From Clostridia bacterium (lineage in GTDB: Bacteria > Bacillota > Clostridia > Oscillospirales > CAG-272): a stretch of 64,000 nt of DNA. A model generated the notes under the pieces. It saw only the letters and a program-made list of their open reading frames with translations. It did not search any database and was not told the origin of the DNA. Positions 9,845-18,627 of the stretch are shown here, piece by piece. The position numbers were made by a program, and so were the translations under genes. The stretch's first letter is position 1. Every line of letters begins with the position of its first letter. The stretch spans positions 1,349 to 65,348 of the forward strand of contig JAFQPM010000021.1 of NCBI GenBank assembly GCA_017411745.1, written 5' to 3'.

Positions 9845-9874
9845 CACTCTACACTACTCACTATACTATAATAC

Positions 9875-11218
9875 TCACTCTCTCCAATACTTTCTCACAA
9901 ACTCATCAAAGTTAAATCTCACACCATTTGAAATCATCTCTTCAAACTGTTCCTTGTCTTCTTTGCCTGTCGAATAGAAACAATCATAAACCTGCCACAC
10001 CATATGCCTAGAAGAAAGCAAATCGTACAGTGTCATAAGATATACACAAGATTCAACGTAAAAGATATCGCTACCGTACAGTTCTCCGCCCTCTGCTTCA
10101 ATAATGGCTTCTCTGAAAGCTTCTATCGTATCGTTTACATCCTGCTTAAGTACACCGTTCTTGTCCATCAGTCTCCAAATATGATGTGCTGTAGCTACGC
10201 TACTTGAGTCAAAGTAAACTCGCATATGAAGCTTTTTGATTGCCTCGCGCATCTCATATGTAAAATCTCCCGAGGGTTCCATAACGCGATAGATAAGTTC
10301 ATACAAGTCAACCGATTCATCTATCCAATGCCCAAAGTTCAAGGACAGTGTCATACGCGGTACTGAAGCATTAATATCCTTCTCAAGTGTAAGACCATAG
10401 TTGTTCAGAATGTTTACTCGGTCAGCCTTTTTCGTGTTTGTTATAGAATTGGTTGCTCGAATGCCAATGCGTTTTACATAGCTTCCATCAACTGACCATT
10501 CAAACTTAGGCTGAAATCTAACTCGAAATTCAGGATAATCCTTATAGTAAAGGTTGTTGATTTCATTGGCCTTAATAATATGGAATCGCAAGCCGGGATA
10601 ATTTTCATAAAGACACAATGTAAGCTGCTTCTCAAACTCAACATTGCTCATATAGCTAGGCTTCATCAACTTCAATTTTGATTTGAAATGCACCTTGGAT
10701 CCATCAATACTACGATCTCTGTTTCGTACATCTTCCATAGAATAAACAATATTTTCAGTCCAATAAGGTTCGATATTATTTCTCTCGCAATATGCTCTAA
10801 GCTTGTCCTCATTCTCCTTGTAGTAACGATAAAGCTTGCATGTATTCTCGTAATCAGTATAAGCATTAAATCTATAATAATTATTCTCGGTACTAATCAA
10901 TCCGATTTCTTTCATATATGCTATGCCATTACTAACTCCCTTTCTGCTCGTCCAAATCATCTGATTCGCCCGTGAGGTAACGCTTATAGGCATAATAGTA
11001 CACCCCTCCTCTGCTCTCATGCTTCTTACGCTGTTGACAAAAGCAAGAACTTTACTAAGCTTCTTCTTCAGCAACGTCTTGGCTCCTTTGGCTGTGCTTT
11101 CATAAATGTTGAACTCAGGCAGCGTGTAGTCGTCCACTGTTTCGGGATTCCATGCTGTCTTTCTGTTATCTTCCGGCTTGCTCTCCAATCTGCCGGCAAT
11201 CTCCTGCAAAGTAATCAT
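9875..11218 (-). CDS. Putative replication protein with a divergent family-A polymerase palm
   Basis: Motif A-like EKDINASVPR, motif B-like REAIKKLHMRVYF, motif C-like WQVYDCFY, in the correct order. Confidence 0.55.
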   Translation of the reverse strand: MITLQEIAGRLESKPEDNRKTAWNPETVDDYTLPEFNIYESTAKGAKTLLKKKLSKVLAFVNSVRSMRAEEGCTIMPISVTSRANQMIWTSRKGVSNGIAYMKEIGLISTENNYYRFNAYTDYENTCKLYRYYKENEDKLRAYCERNNIEPYWTENIVYSMEDVRNRDRSIDGSKVHFKSKLKLMKPSYMSNVEFEKQLTLCLYENYPGLRFHIIKANEINNLYYKDYPEFRVRFQPKFEWSVDGSYVKRIGIRATNSITNTKKADRVNILNNYGLTLEKDINASVPRMTLSLNFGHWIDESVDLYELIYRVMEPSGDFTYEMREAIKKLHMRVYFDSSSVATAHHIWRLMDKNGVLKQDVNDTIEAFREAIIEAEGGELYGSDIFYVESCVYLMTLYDLLSSRHMVWQVYDCFYSTGKEDKEQFEEMISNGVRFNFDEFVRKYWRE

Positions 11219-11272
11219 AAATTATCCTTTCTGTATTATAATAAATCATTCAGTAATCTTTCTAAATCTACA

Positions 11273-12133
11273 CTAGGCATCCATCAATTCTTTATATAGT
11301 TCCTCCATTTCCTTAGGGTATTCTTCCTCATACCATTTTTCAAGTTCGATATACTCTTCTATGGACAAATTTTCTCCCATAATGACTTCACCATTAAAAT
11401 AGTTACCAACAAAAGAGAGTGCATAATAATATCCAAATTTTGCAAAATCATCAGCAATACGTCTAGCCGCTTCAATATTGCGATCAATGTGTTCAAGTAG
11501 AATGGTAATAAATGTTTCCTTGTCTGGCATCTGTTTTTGAAATGTATGTTGCATATACTCCAAACTCTCATCGCCCATAAAACATCGACTTTCGCGCTCC
11601 ATATCTCGGTATTTGAGGTCAGTAATTATGTTGAAATAACGTTTGAAAGTGGTGTCATTAAAACTATTGAGGTGCTTTCTCAAAATGGCATAGTGCAACT
11701 GATCGCTGATAGGCTTGGTGATATCTTTAAAAGGTGGCAAATAATAGCTCTTATAGCGAGGAACACAGTAATAAACGAACGCTCTCAAGAGCTTTGTTTC
11801 TGGGTCCACAGTATGTTTAACTTCTACGACACCAAGGTGTCCTATCCAGTTCTTATAGTGGGACAAGTCCGTGTCTGTAATGTTGAAGGACTCAAAAAAA
11901 GAACCGAGTCTTCTATTGCTTTTTGGGCGGTCCTTGGGATCAAGCGTAAGATTATACCACAACAATCCGTGGCAATTAGACACCTTAAATGTGATTTCGT
12001 AAGCAATCACATCACGGCCATAAGATTTTTTGATCACATTGGTGATTTTTACTCGATGCCAATTTCTTGGAATGGCAAGCATTCCCAACCGCGTGTAATC
12101 ATTAGGATTATGATACTTATATTTTTCCTTCAT
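11273..12133 (-). CDS. DUF669 (phage SSB-like) domain fused to the local paralogue domain
   Basis: N-half aligns with 13745-14236 (RVKI..EI..LWY..N..LG.FF.SF.I..NW.G..G.V...H). Confidence 0.6.
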   Translation of the reverse strand: MKEKYKYHNPNDYTRLGMLAIPRNWHRVKITNVIKKSYGRDVIAYEITFKVSNCHGLLWYNLTLDPKDRPKSNRRLGSFFESFNITDTDLSHYKNWIGHLGVVEVKHTVDPETKLLRAFVYYCVPRYKSYYLPPFKDITKPISDQLHYAILRKHLNSFNDTTFKRYFNIITDLKYRDMERESRCFMGDESLEYMQHTFQKQMPDKETFITILLEHIDRNIEAARRIADDFAKFGYYYALSFVGNYFNGEVIMGENLSIEEYIELEKWYEEEYPKEMEELYKELMDA

Positions 12134-12151
12134 ATAACCATTCCTTTCCGT

Positions 12152-12715
12152 TCAAATTTTGTTTTTCATTCTTTCAAGCAGTTCCAATGCAAAGCTCTTG
12201 TCCTCACGCACTCTTACTATCTCTTCACAAACCTCTTTTACCACGGTCATTGGCAATTTTTCTCTCACATTAAGTGCCAAGAAATAATTTATGTACTCTA
12301 TCGCTGGTGGATAGTTCTGCTTGCAAGCTTTAAGAATCCACTTGGCTTTTTCGGCATACAAGTGCTTTTCAATAGTGAAGAGCCTTGTATCATAGAAATA
12401 ATACCCTATGTCAAACTGCGCAGCTGGCAATCCAGCCTCTGCCATTGGTTGCAAGAGATACATTGCTGCCTCTTTATCCGAACTCCGTGAGTCGCCTTCG
12501 TGTGTCCAATATCCTTTCAGAAGAATATGAGCGTACATATAGCGTATCAAGGGATATCTGAAAAGAATTTCATTATCAACGAGCTCCAGAAGATTCTTTT
12601 CAAGTTCATATGGAAGGACAACACCAGCATGTCCCTGAACCAGATCATTGATACATTCATTAAGAGTTCTGGGATAGCGCGTCTCATATGTGTAATTGCT
12701 CAAATCAAGTTCCAT
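12152..12715 (-). CDS. Sel1/TPR-like repeat protein
   Basis: AEAGLPAAQFDIGYYF, AKWILKACKQNYPPA. Confidence 0.6.
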   Translation of the reverse strand: MELDLSNYTYETRYPRTLNECINDLVQGHAGVVLPYELEKNLLELVDNEILFRYPLIRYMYAHILLKGYWTHEGDSRSSDKEAAMYLLQPMAEAGLPAAQFDIGYYFYDTRLFTIEKHLYAEKAKWILKACKQNYPPAIEYINYFLALNVREKLPMTVVKEVCEEIVRVREDKSFALELLERMKNKI

Positions 12716-12752
12716 AAAATCTCCTTACTGGCTATTAACATAATGGTTGTTT

Positions 12753-12818
12753 GGGGCTATGGATTATAACATAGCCCCACTAACATATAATTGGTACTTA
12801 GAAGGGACAAAGATCGCC
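12753..12818. repeat. Duplicated ~66-bp element with GGGGCTATG/CATAGCCCC hairpin (copy 1)
   Basis: Near-identical to 13699-13765. Confidence 0.75.
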
Positions 12819-12842
12819 TCATTCAAACCGAGGCGGTAAAGC

Positions 12843-13655
12843 TCAAACTTCATCTGAATCGTCTGAATATTCCCATATGTGGATCTCAGGTTTATAGATG
12901 TCCTTTCGGAAAACTCTCTCATAAGTACTAATCAAAGTGATATAGAGATACAGAGAATCGAAGTCATTCGTGTAATAGAATTGGCGTGCCACATGACCGG
13001 CAAGAGTCTTGTTATTGACAATCACGCGCTTAATTGCATCAGCAATCTCATCATGACTCAAATAATCAGCCATATAGTAAGGATGCTCGTCTCGATATGA
13101 CACATGTCGCTTAGAATCATAATGCTCCTTGGGAAGTGCAGAATCCATCTCTCGACAACACTTATGAAGTTCGTCATCGATTTCAAACGCAATGTCTCCA
13201 TCCGAGAACACCGAGTGGCACACGCTATAGCGACATACATTATAGAAAAAATCGCAAAGCTGTTCTTTATTCATAAGATTCAAGTATTTATCGAGGAGGT
13301 TACCGTCGCACTCTTCATCAGGGTCCAGATGTTTTATCTGGTATTCAAAGTATTCGTTATTGAAGGACACTCTCGCATCCTCAAGCAGCTCTTCTGCCAG
13401 GCAAATACGAATACACTCATCAAGAGGACAGCAACCAACGGACTCTTCAATGAACATATTAATCCCTTCAACGGTCCCATTTTCGAGTGCATTGAATACA
13501 TCCATAAAGAAATATTCCGTATCAATTCCGGGTTTAACATAGAGATACTCATGAGCGAGAATGGTATAGACAAGATCTGCATCAAACACCGTGTCCAGCT
13601 CGTTGTTGTTTGAACAATAACTGTTAATGTACTCAATAATTTCACTGTTTTTCAT
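12843..13655 (-). CDS. Hypothetical protein, paralogue of 14284-15147
   Basis: DADLVYTILAHEYLYVKPGIDT vs NADEVFTAVVHGYYYVRPGKDT. Confidence 0.75.
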   Translation of the reverse strand: MKNSEIIEYINSYCSNNNELDTVFDADLVYTILAHEYLYVKPGIDTEYFFMDVFNALENGTVEGINMFIEESVGCCPLDECIRICLAEELLEDARVSFNNEYFEYQIKHLDPDEECDGNLLDKYLNLMNKEQLCDFFYNVCRYSVCHSVFSDGDIAFEIDDELHKCCREMDSALPKEHYDSKRHVSYRDEHPYYMADYLSHDEIADAIKRVIVNNKTLAGHVARQFYYTNDFDSLYLYITLISTYERVFRKDIYKPEIHIWEYSDDSDEV

Positions 13656-13698
13656 TTTTTAATCTCCTTTATATATTTAATTTATTTTATATTTTTGA

Positions 13699-13765
13699 GG
13701 GGCTATGGACTTATAACATAGCCCCATTAACATATGATTAGTGCTTAGAAGGGACAAAGGTCGCC
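13699..13765. repeat. Duplicated ~66-bp hairpin element (copy 2)
   Basis: Includes the GDLCPF-stop end of the DUF669 gene. Confidence 0.75.
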
Positions 13766-14236
13766 AAACTTTCTAGGCACGAAAGTTTCCTTGGGGGACA
13801 TAGCCATATCATTTACATCCACTCTCGTGGGTTGCGTCTCTGTCCAAGCAGGAAGTGATGTCTGCTGATCACGATTCAAACAGAAGGCAACTTTAGCAAT
13901 CTGACGACCCTTGTATACGTCATGCATCACATAAACAGCGCCAGTCTTACCCAGCCAATTCTCGCAGCTACTTCTCTCCCCTGCAGAGATATCAAACGAA
14001 TTGAAGAATTCTCCAAGAAGCTGATTCGTTCGAGCTGCATTCTCACGATTGTACCAGATATAATATCTGAGCTTATTGCTATGCCCATTGACTTCAAGGG
14101 AAATTTCAAGTCCTTCCGTGCCATTCTTCGCCACAGTTTCAATGGCGTTAATGATTCTTACTCGGTACTTGCCCTCATCAAGAAGGTTTGTCTTGTTTGC
14201 ACTGTAGTCGTTAGCGTCGTAATTCCAATTAATCAT
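13745..14236 (-). CDS. DUF669 phage-type ssDNA-binding-like protein
   Basis: LLDEGKYRVRIINA..KNG...LEISLEV..NWLGKTGAVYV and a C-terminal PF tail. Confidence 0.7.
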   Translation of the reverse strand: MINWNYDANDYSANKTNLLDEGKYRVRIINAIETVAKNGTEGLEISLEVNGHSNKLRYYIWYNRENAARTNQLLGEFFNSFDISAGERSSCENWLGKTGAVYVMHDVYKGRQIAKVAFCLNRDQQTSLPAWTETQPTRVDVNDMAMSPKETFVPRKFGDLCPF

Positions 14237-14283
14237 AGTAGAATTCCTTTCAGTTATATATATTTTTATTATTTTCGTTTATT

Positions 14284-15147
14284 TTATTTAGACTTAACTG
14301 CCATAAACTTGCCTGCCTTGTTTCGATGGATAAACTGGGAATCTCCTTCAATACCATTTTCGAGACAAATCTTATCCAGATCAGTAATGGTAGGACTGAA
14401 AATCTCAAGTTCAAACATATCTGTAAACCACAGGGCCAAAGCAGTGTAGTCAGCCGCAGTTGACCTGTCGGTATGCTTGAACACCTTGATCATATGGGCA
14501 AGCATTACCGGATCGTCAATGTACTTGCAAACAACAGTAATGATAGTTTCTCTGGTTATGTACTCAAATGGGAAGTCCCAATTGTTATCAATATAAGAAA
14601 CGTGCTTGTCATAATCCTTCATATACCAAGGATCGTTCTGAATCACCACCATAGAACACTCCTGAAGTTCTTCCATCATCTTGTCAAAGTTTTCGTCACT
14701 AATGAAGGCATCATAATTTCCCTTAAAGGCGAGAATACCCTCAAACACAGAACGGAGTTCTTTTTCGTCCAGCCAATACATATAGCGTTCAAGAAGGGAT
14801 TCGTCGTACTTTTCGCGCATAACCATATGCGCACACTGGGATTCATAGTATGCCTGATCAAACAGCGAACGCGCAACACTGATAGCCTCAGCCGACATTT
14901 TACCATAGAGCCATACATCATACGGAACCCCATGCTTTGTTTCGGAGTGATTCTTGTTCAGGTCTCTCCAAGCTTTATTAAGAATCTCATTAATTTTCGT
15001 CAGAAACCTAGCTGTATCCTTTCCGGGTCTAACGTAATAGTATCCATGCACGACGGCTGTGAATACTTCGTCAGCGTTATAAGCCACGTTCTGCTTACTC
15101 GGGTACATGAACCTGTTGATAATGTTAATTACGTCTTTGTTAGTCAT
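14284..15147 (-). CDS. Hypothetical protein, paralogue of 12843-13655
   Basis: AGGAG RBS; similarity to 12843-13655 visible along most of its length. Confidence 0.75.
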   Translation of the reverse strand: MTNKDVINIINRFMYPSKQNVAYNADEVFTAVVHGYYYVRPGKDTARFLTKINEILNKAWRDLNKNHSETKHGVPYDVWLYGKMSAEAISVARSLFDQAYYESQCAHMVMREKYDESLLERYMYWLDEKELRSVFEGILAFKGNYDAFISDENFDKMMEELQECSMVVIQNDPWYMKDYDKHVSYIDNNWDFPFEYITRETIITVVCKYIDDPVMLAHMIKVFKHTDRSTAADYTALALWFTDMFELEIFSPTITDLDKICLENGIEGDSQFIHRNKAGKFMAVKSK

Positions 15148-15242
15148 TTGAATTTTCTCCTTAAAATTATATTGATTTTATTTATAATCAGGGGCGCCTC
15201 CTGATTTTAACAAATTTAGCCCACTAGGTAAGGGGGGTTAAT

Positions 15243-15477
15243 TTGATTGTGTTTATATTATCCCATAAACCAACATACAATTTCAGAATTGGCAATACGG
15301 AATTTTAACACTTTCATTTTTATTTGCTTGATTGTGTTTATATTATCTCATAAGTTGCAATTTTATTTCAGAATTGGCAATACGGAATTCTAACACTTTT
15401 AATTTTTTGTTTGCTTGATTGTGTTTATATTATCTCATAAACCGAAATGCAATTTCAGAATTGGCAATACGGAATTT
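15243..15477 (-). repeat. Three tandem ~86-bp repeats
   Basis: Units start at 15243, 15328 and 15415; conserved blocks TTGATTGTGTTTATATTATC.CATAA and ATTTCAGAATTGGCAATACGGAATT. Confidence 0.85.
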
Positions 15478-15486
15478 AAAAACAAA

Positions 15487-15522
15487 AAGAAGGCAAGTGA
15501 CTTTTCATCACTTGCCCTCTTT
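15487..15522 (-). terminator. Terminator of the 15527 gene
   Basis: AAGAAGGCAAGTGA..TCACTTGCCCTCTT. Confidence 0.55.
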
Positions 15523-15526
15523 GTAT

Positions 15527-16348
15527 TCATTTCTCATCTTCATCGTTTGGAGGATCTGTCCAGAATAAAACCGATTCATTACTTTCTAATAAATCAGAAT
15601 CAATAAGAATCGTATCATAAGAATAACAAATCTTTTCTATATATTTTCCTTTTACTTTTTCTCTGTTCACATCCGCTTTTTGTGGTCCCTTTCGCAAGAA
15701 AAACTCTACCACTTCATCAAGCACAGAATCATCTCGAAAAGCATATCCACCACTTCTTATTAGTTTAACTGCTTCATCGTAATTTAATCTAAGACCGAAA
15801 CACAACCTATAAACATTTTCTCTGTCGACTTTTTTATACTTACCACGTAAAATTGCAGAGTATGTTTCTTGCTTCATTCCAACGTCTCTGTATATTCTAG
15901 TTTTAGGTCTTATGATGCTAGCGTCGATATAATCACTTAGTACATAATTAAATGGCTTGCCTTTGGCTGTATGCACCATATGCAGAGGCTCATCAGAATT
16001 ATTATATAAATAACTAAGATCATCATCAACTACTATTCGTTTGCATTGCCTTTTCTCATTTAGGTAAGCTTGCAACTCGGCGACATGCTTTTTGTGGCTT
16101 TCGTCATTAAAGGTTTCGACTATCGCTTTGATTTGTTTTGAAACGCGTGACACGTCCCATCCACGGAGCAAATATGTAAAATCACGTGCTCGTTTATAAA
16201 CAGCAGGGCCACTTCTTTCCGCAAAGCCCGCCTGCGTCAATTTATTTATTAACTGATTTAGCGATTCATATTCTATATCCATATACTCTTGCTCACAGCA
16301 AAATTTATACACTATATAGTCTTCTTCAAATGTCCATCTTTGTGCCAT
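15527..16348 (-). CDS. Putative transcriptional regulator with a C-terminal XRE-like HTH
   Basis: IYRDVGMKQETYSAILRG..LCFGLRLNYDEAVKLIRSGGYAF; GGAGG RBS before ATG 16348. Confidence 0.6.
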   Translation of the reverse strand: MAQRWTFEEDYIVYKFCCEQEYMDIEYESLNQLINKLTQAGFAERSGPAVYKRARDFTYLLRGWDVSRVSKQIKAIVETFNDESHKKHVAELQAYLNEKRQCKRIVVDDDLSYLYNNSDEPLHMVHTAKGKPFNYVLSDYIDASIIRPKTRIYRDVGMKQETYSAILRGKYKKVDRENVYRLCFGLRLNYDEAVKLIRSGGYAFRDDSVLDEVVEFFLRKGPQKADVNREKVKGKYIEKICYSYDTILIDSDLLESNESVLFWTDPPNDEDEK

Positions 16349-16531
16349 AATACACCTCCCACAAAATTGGTACAAGCATAGTATAGCATACTTTTGCTAT
16401 TGTTTCAAGCACCAAAACAAAGTTTGCGAAAGTTATACCAAAAGTTAGTGCCATATTAGCATTTTCACGGCATAATTAAAGCATCAAAAGAAACTAAAGT
16501 TACTTTTAATACTAATAAGGAAGGTTTTATT

Positions 16532-17230
16532 ATGATTTATGCCTATTGTCGTGTATCCACACCTCACCAGCGACTCGAACGCCAGATTACCAACATCACT
16601 GAACTTTATCCCAAAGCAACTATCTTTAGAGAGTTCTACACCGGCACCACACAGAACCGTCCCAACTGGGAACGACTCATGACACAAATTAAAAAGGAAG
16701 ACACTATAGTTTTCGATAGCGTCTCCCGTATGAGCCGTAATGCAGCAGAAGGATTTAAAGATTATAAAATGCTCTATGAGTCCGGCGTCAATCTCATTTT
16801 CCTCAATGAGCCGCTAATCAACACTTCCGTCTTTGACTCTACTAAGAACAATCTTCTCAATATTAATATAGAAACCGGTAATACTGCCGTTGATGATTTC
16901 TTTAAAGGCAACGTCCAGCTTATAAATAATTTTATGATGGCGTTAGCCGAGCAGCAAATCAAAGCAGCATTTGAGCAATCAGAGAAAGAAGTTACCGACC
17001 TTCACTCTAGAATCTCACAGGGCATGAGAGAAGCTAAGAAGAATGGTGTCAAGATTGGTCTTCCTCAAGGAACCACCCTTACCACTAAAAAATCTCTAGA
17101 GTGCATCGCTATCATCAAGAAGCACTCAAAGGACTTTGGGGGTAGTCTGGAAGATCCAGATGTAATCAAACTTTGTGGTTGCTCTAGGAACTCTTATTAC
17201 AAATATAAAAAGGAAGCAAAGTCAAATTAA
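16532..17230 (+). CDS. Small serine resolvase/invertase
   Basis: YAYCRVST, NRPNW, FDSVSRMSRN, C-terminal HTH. Confidence 0.9.
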   Translation: MIYAYCRVSTPHQRLERQITNITELYPKATIFREFYTGTTQNRPNWERLMTQIKKEDTIVFDSVSRMSRNAAEGFKDYKMLYESGVNLIFLNEPLINTSVFDSTKNNLLNINIETGNTAVDDFFKGNVQLINNFMMALAEQQIKAAFEQSEKEVTDLHSRISQGMREAKKNGVKIGLPQGTTLTTKKSLECIAIIKKHSKDFGGSLEDPDVIKLCGCSRNSYYKYKKEAKSN

Positions 17231-17240
17231 GGAGGACATT

Positions 17241-17429
17241 ATGGGCAAGGTTAAAATTGGAGACACTATCAAAATCATCAAGATGGAAGGCGAACCTCAA
17301 TACACCGACCGAGAGGGTGTTGTCACTCATATCGACGATGCCGGTCAAATTCATGGTACATGGGGAGGTTGTGCTATCATTCCTGAAGTCGATAAATTCA
17401 TTATCTTAGACCACGCAACCAATCAGTAA
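17241..17429 (+). CDS. DUF4314-like small protein
   Basis: GVVTHIDDAGQIHGTW; GGAGG RBS. Confidence 0.65.
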   Translation: MGKVKIGDTIKIIKMEGEPQYTDREGVVTHIDDAGQIHGTWGGCAIIPEVDKFIILDHATNQ

Positions 17430-17439
17430 TATCAAACAC

Positions 17440-17479
17440 AAAAAGGTGAGTCTTTGCATTGAGCAATACTCACCTTTTT
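17440..17479. terminator. Bidirectional terminator
   Basis: AAAAAGGTGAGT..ACTCACCTTTTT. Confidence 0.65.
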
Positions 17480-17491
17480 ATTTAATATGCG

Positions 17492-18178
17492 TTACCATTC
17501 ACTGTTTTCAGCAGCTTTAAGTAATTTTTCAGCCAATCCTATGTCCTGTTCAACACCCCAGCCGTTCTTATACATCTCAGCCAACATGTAGTGAACCTTT
17601 GCAGGTGCCTCGTCCGCAAACATCTCATCGAATTCATCTTCAAAGTACTTAAGATATTTTACGGCCTCATCATAGCTTTGTTCTAATCCCAAACCATAAT
17701 AATACATTTCACCGATTTTGTATGCCGCATACTCATAGCAATCATCTTCAAGAGACTTACGATAGCACGCCAGAGCTAGTTCATAATTTTGATCAACATG
17801 GAAATACATATCGCCACGAATATAGTTAGGAATATCGTAAAAGCCATCTTTACTAAACCAATAGTAAGCTTCTTTATAATCCTGTTCTACATCATCACCA
17901 CGATAAAACAAATATCCCAGATAATATATAGCCTCTTTGTCTCCGCTTTCTGCCGCTAATTTGTACCACTTAATAGCTTCATCCAAACTGGCTTCAACCC
18001 ACTTGCCATCATCATACATATCACCTAACTGAGATTGAGCTGACATATTACCTTGTTCGGCAGCAAGTATAAAGCATTTCATGGCATTATCAATGTCACC
18101 ATTATCCAAGAAAATACAGCCAAAATCGTAGATTTCTTCACTATCCATAAATTCAAAATCTATTTCATTAAATTCCAT
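17492..18178 (-). CDS. Sel1-repeat protein
   Basis: Multiple AQ.LG.MY..G...A.KWY..AA..G repeats. Confidence 0.9.
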   Translation of the reverse strand: MEFNEIDFEFMDSEEIYDFGCIFLDNGDIDNAMKCFILAAEQGNMSAQSQLGDMYDDGKWVEASLDEAIKWYKLAAESGDKEAIYYLGYLFYRGDDVEQDYKEAYYWFSKDGFYDIPNYIRGDMYFHVDQNYELALACYRKSLEDDCYEYAAYKIGEMYYYGLGLEQSYDEAVKYLKYFEDEFDEMFADEAPAKVHYMLAEMYKNGWGVEQDIGLAEKLLKAAENSEW

Positions 18179-18201
18179 TTCAAACCCCTTATAAATATCT
18201 A

Positions 18202-18627
18202 TTAGATCAAAACCCCATTACAATGATCCACCTCGTGCTGAATGATCTGTGCCGTCCAGCCGGTGAAGTTTTTTGTGCGCGTTTGCATCTCCAAGGTCTG
18301 ATACTGCACCTTGATGGTCTTATAGCGCTTGCACTTACGGGGGCCGCCGAGAAGTGACAGACAGCCTTCCTCGGTGTCGTACGCGCCGTCCTTCTTGATA
18401 ATCTCGGGATTGAGCATCACCGTGTATGTAGGAGCTCGTCCGCTCTCATCGAGAAAAGCGATGATTCGCTTGCGCACGCCAATCATATTCGCCGCCATTC
18501 CGACACAACTTTCTCTATGCGTCATCAGCGTGTCAAGCAGGTCCTGTGCGACCTGCAAATCTTCTTTAGTCGCAATCTCCGTCTTCCCTGCCAGAAATAT
18601 CGGATCGTGCACTAGTTCCCTCACCAT
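18202..18627 (-). CDS. def: Peptide deformylase (short type)
   Basis: GMAANMIG, EGCLS, QHEVDH motifs. Confidence 0.85.
   Translation of the reverse strand: MVRELVHDPIFLAGKTEIATKEDLQVAQDLLDTLMTHRESCVGMAANMIGVRKRIIAFLDESGRAPTYTVMLNPEIIKKDGAYDTEEGCLSLLGGPRKCKRYKTIKVQYQTLEMQTRTKNFTGWTAQIIQHEVDHCNGVLI

Noticed and set aside
15243-15477. Possible CRISPR array
   Set aside because: The variable segments are ~11 nt or similar to each other, the units are ~86-bp tandem copies, and no cas genes are present
7030-17429. Prophage or ICE call for the island core
   Set aside because: No recognisable capsid, terminase, tail, relaxase or T4SS genes
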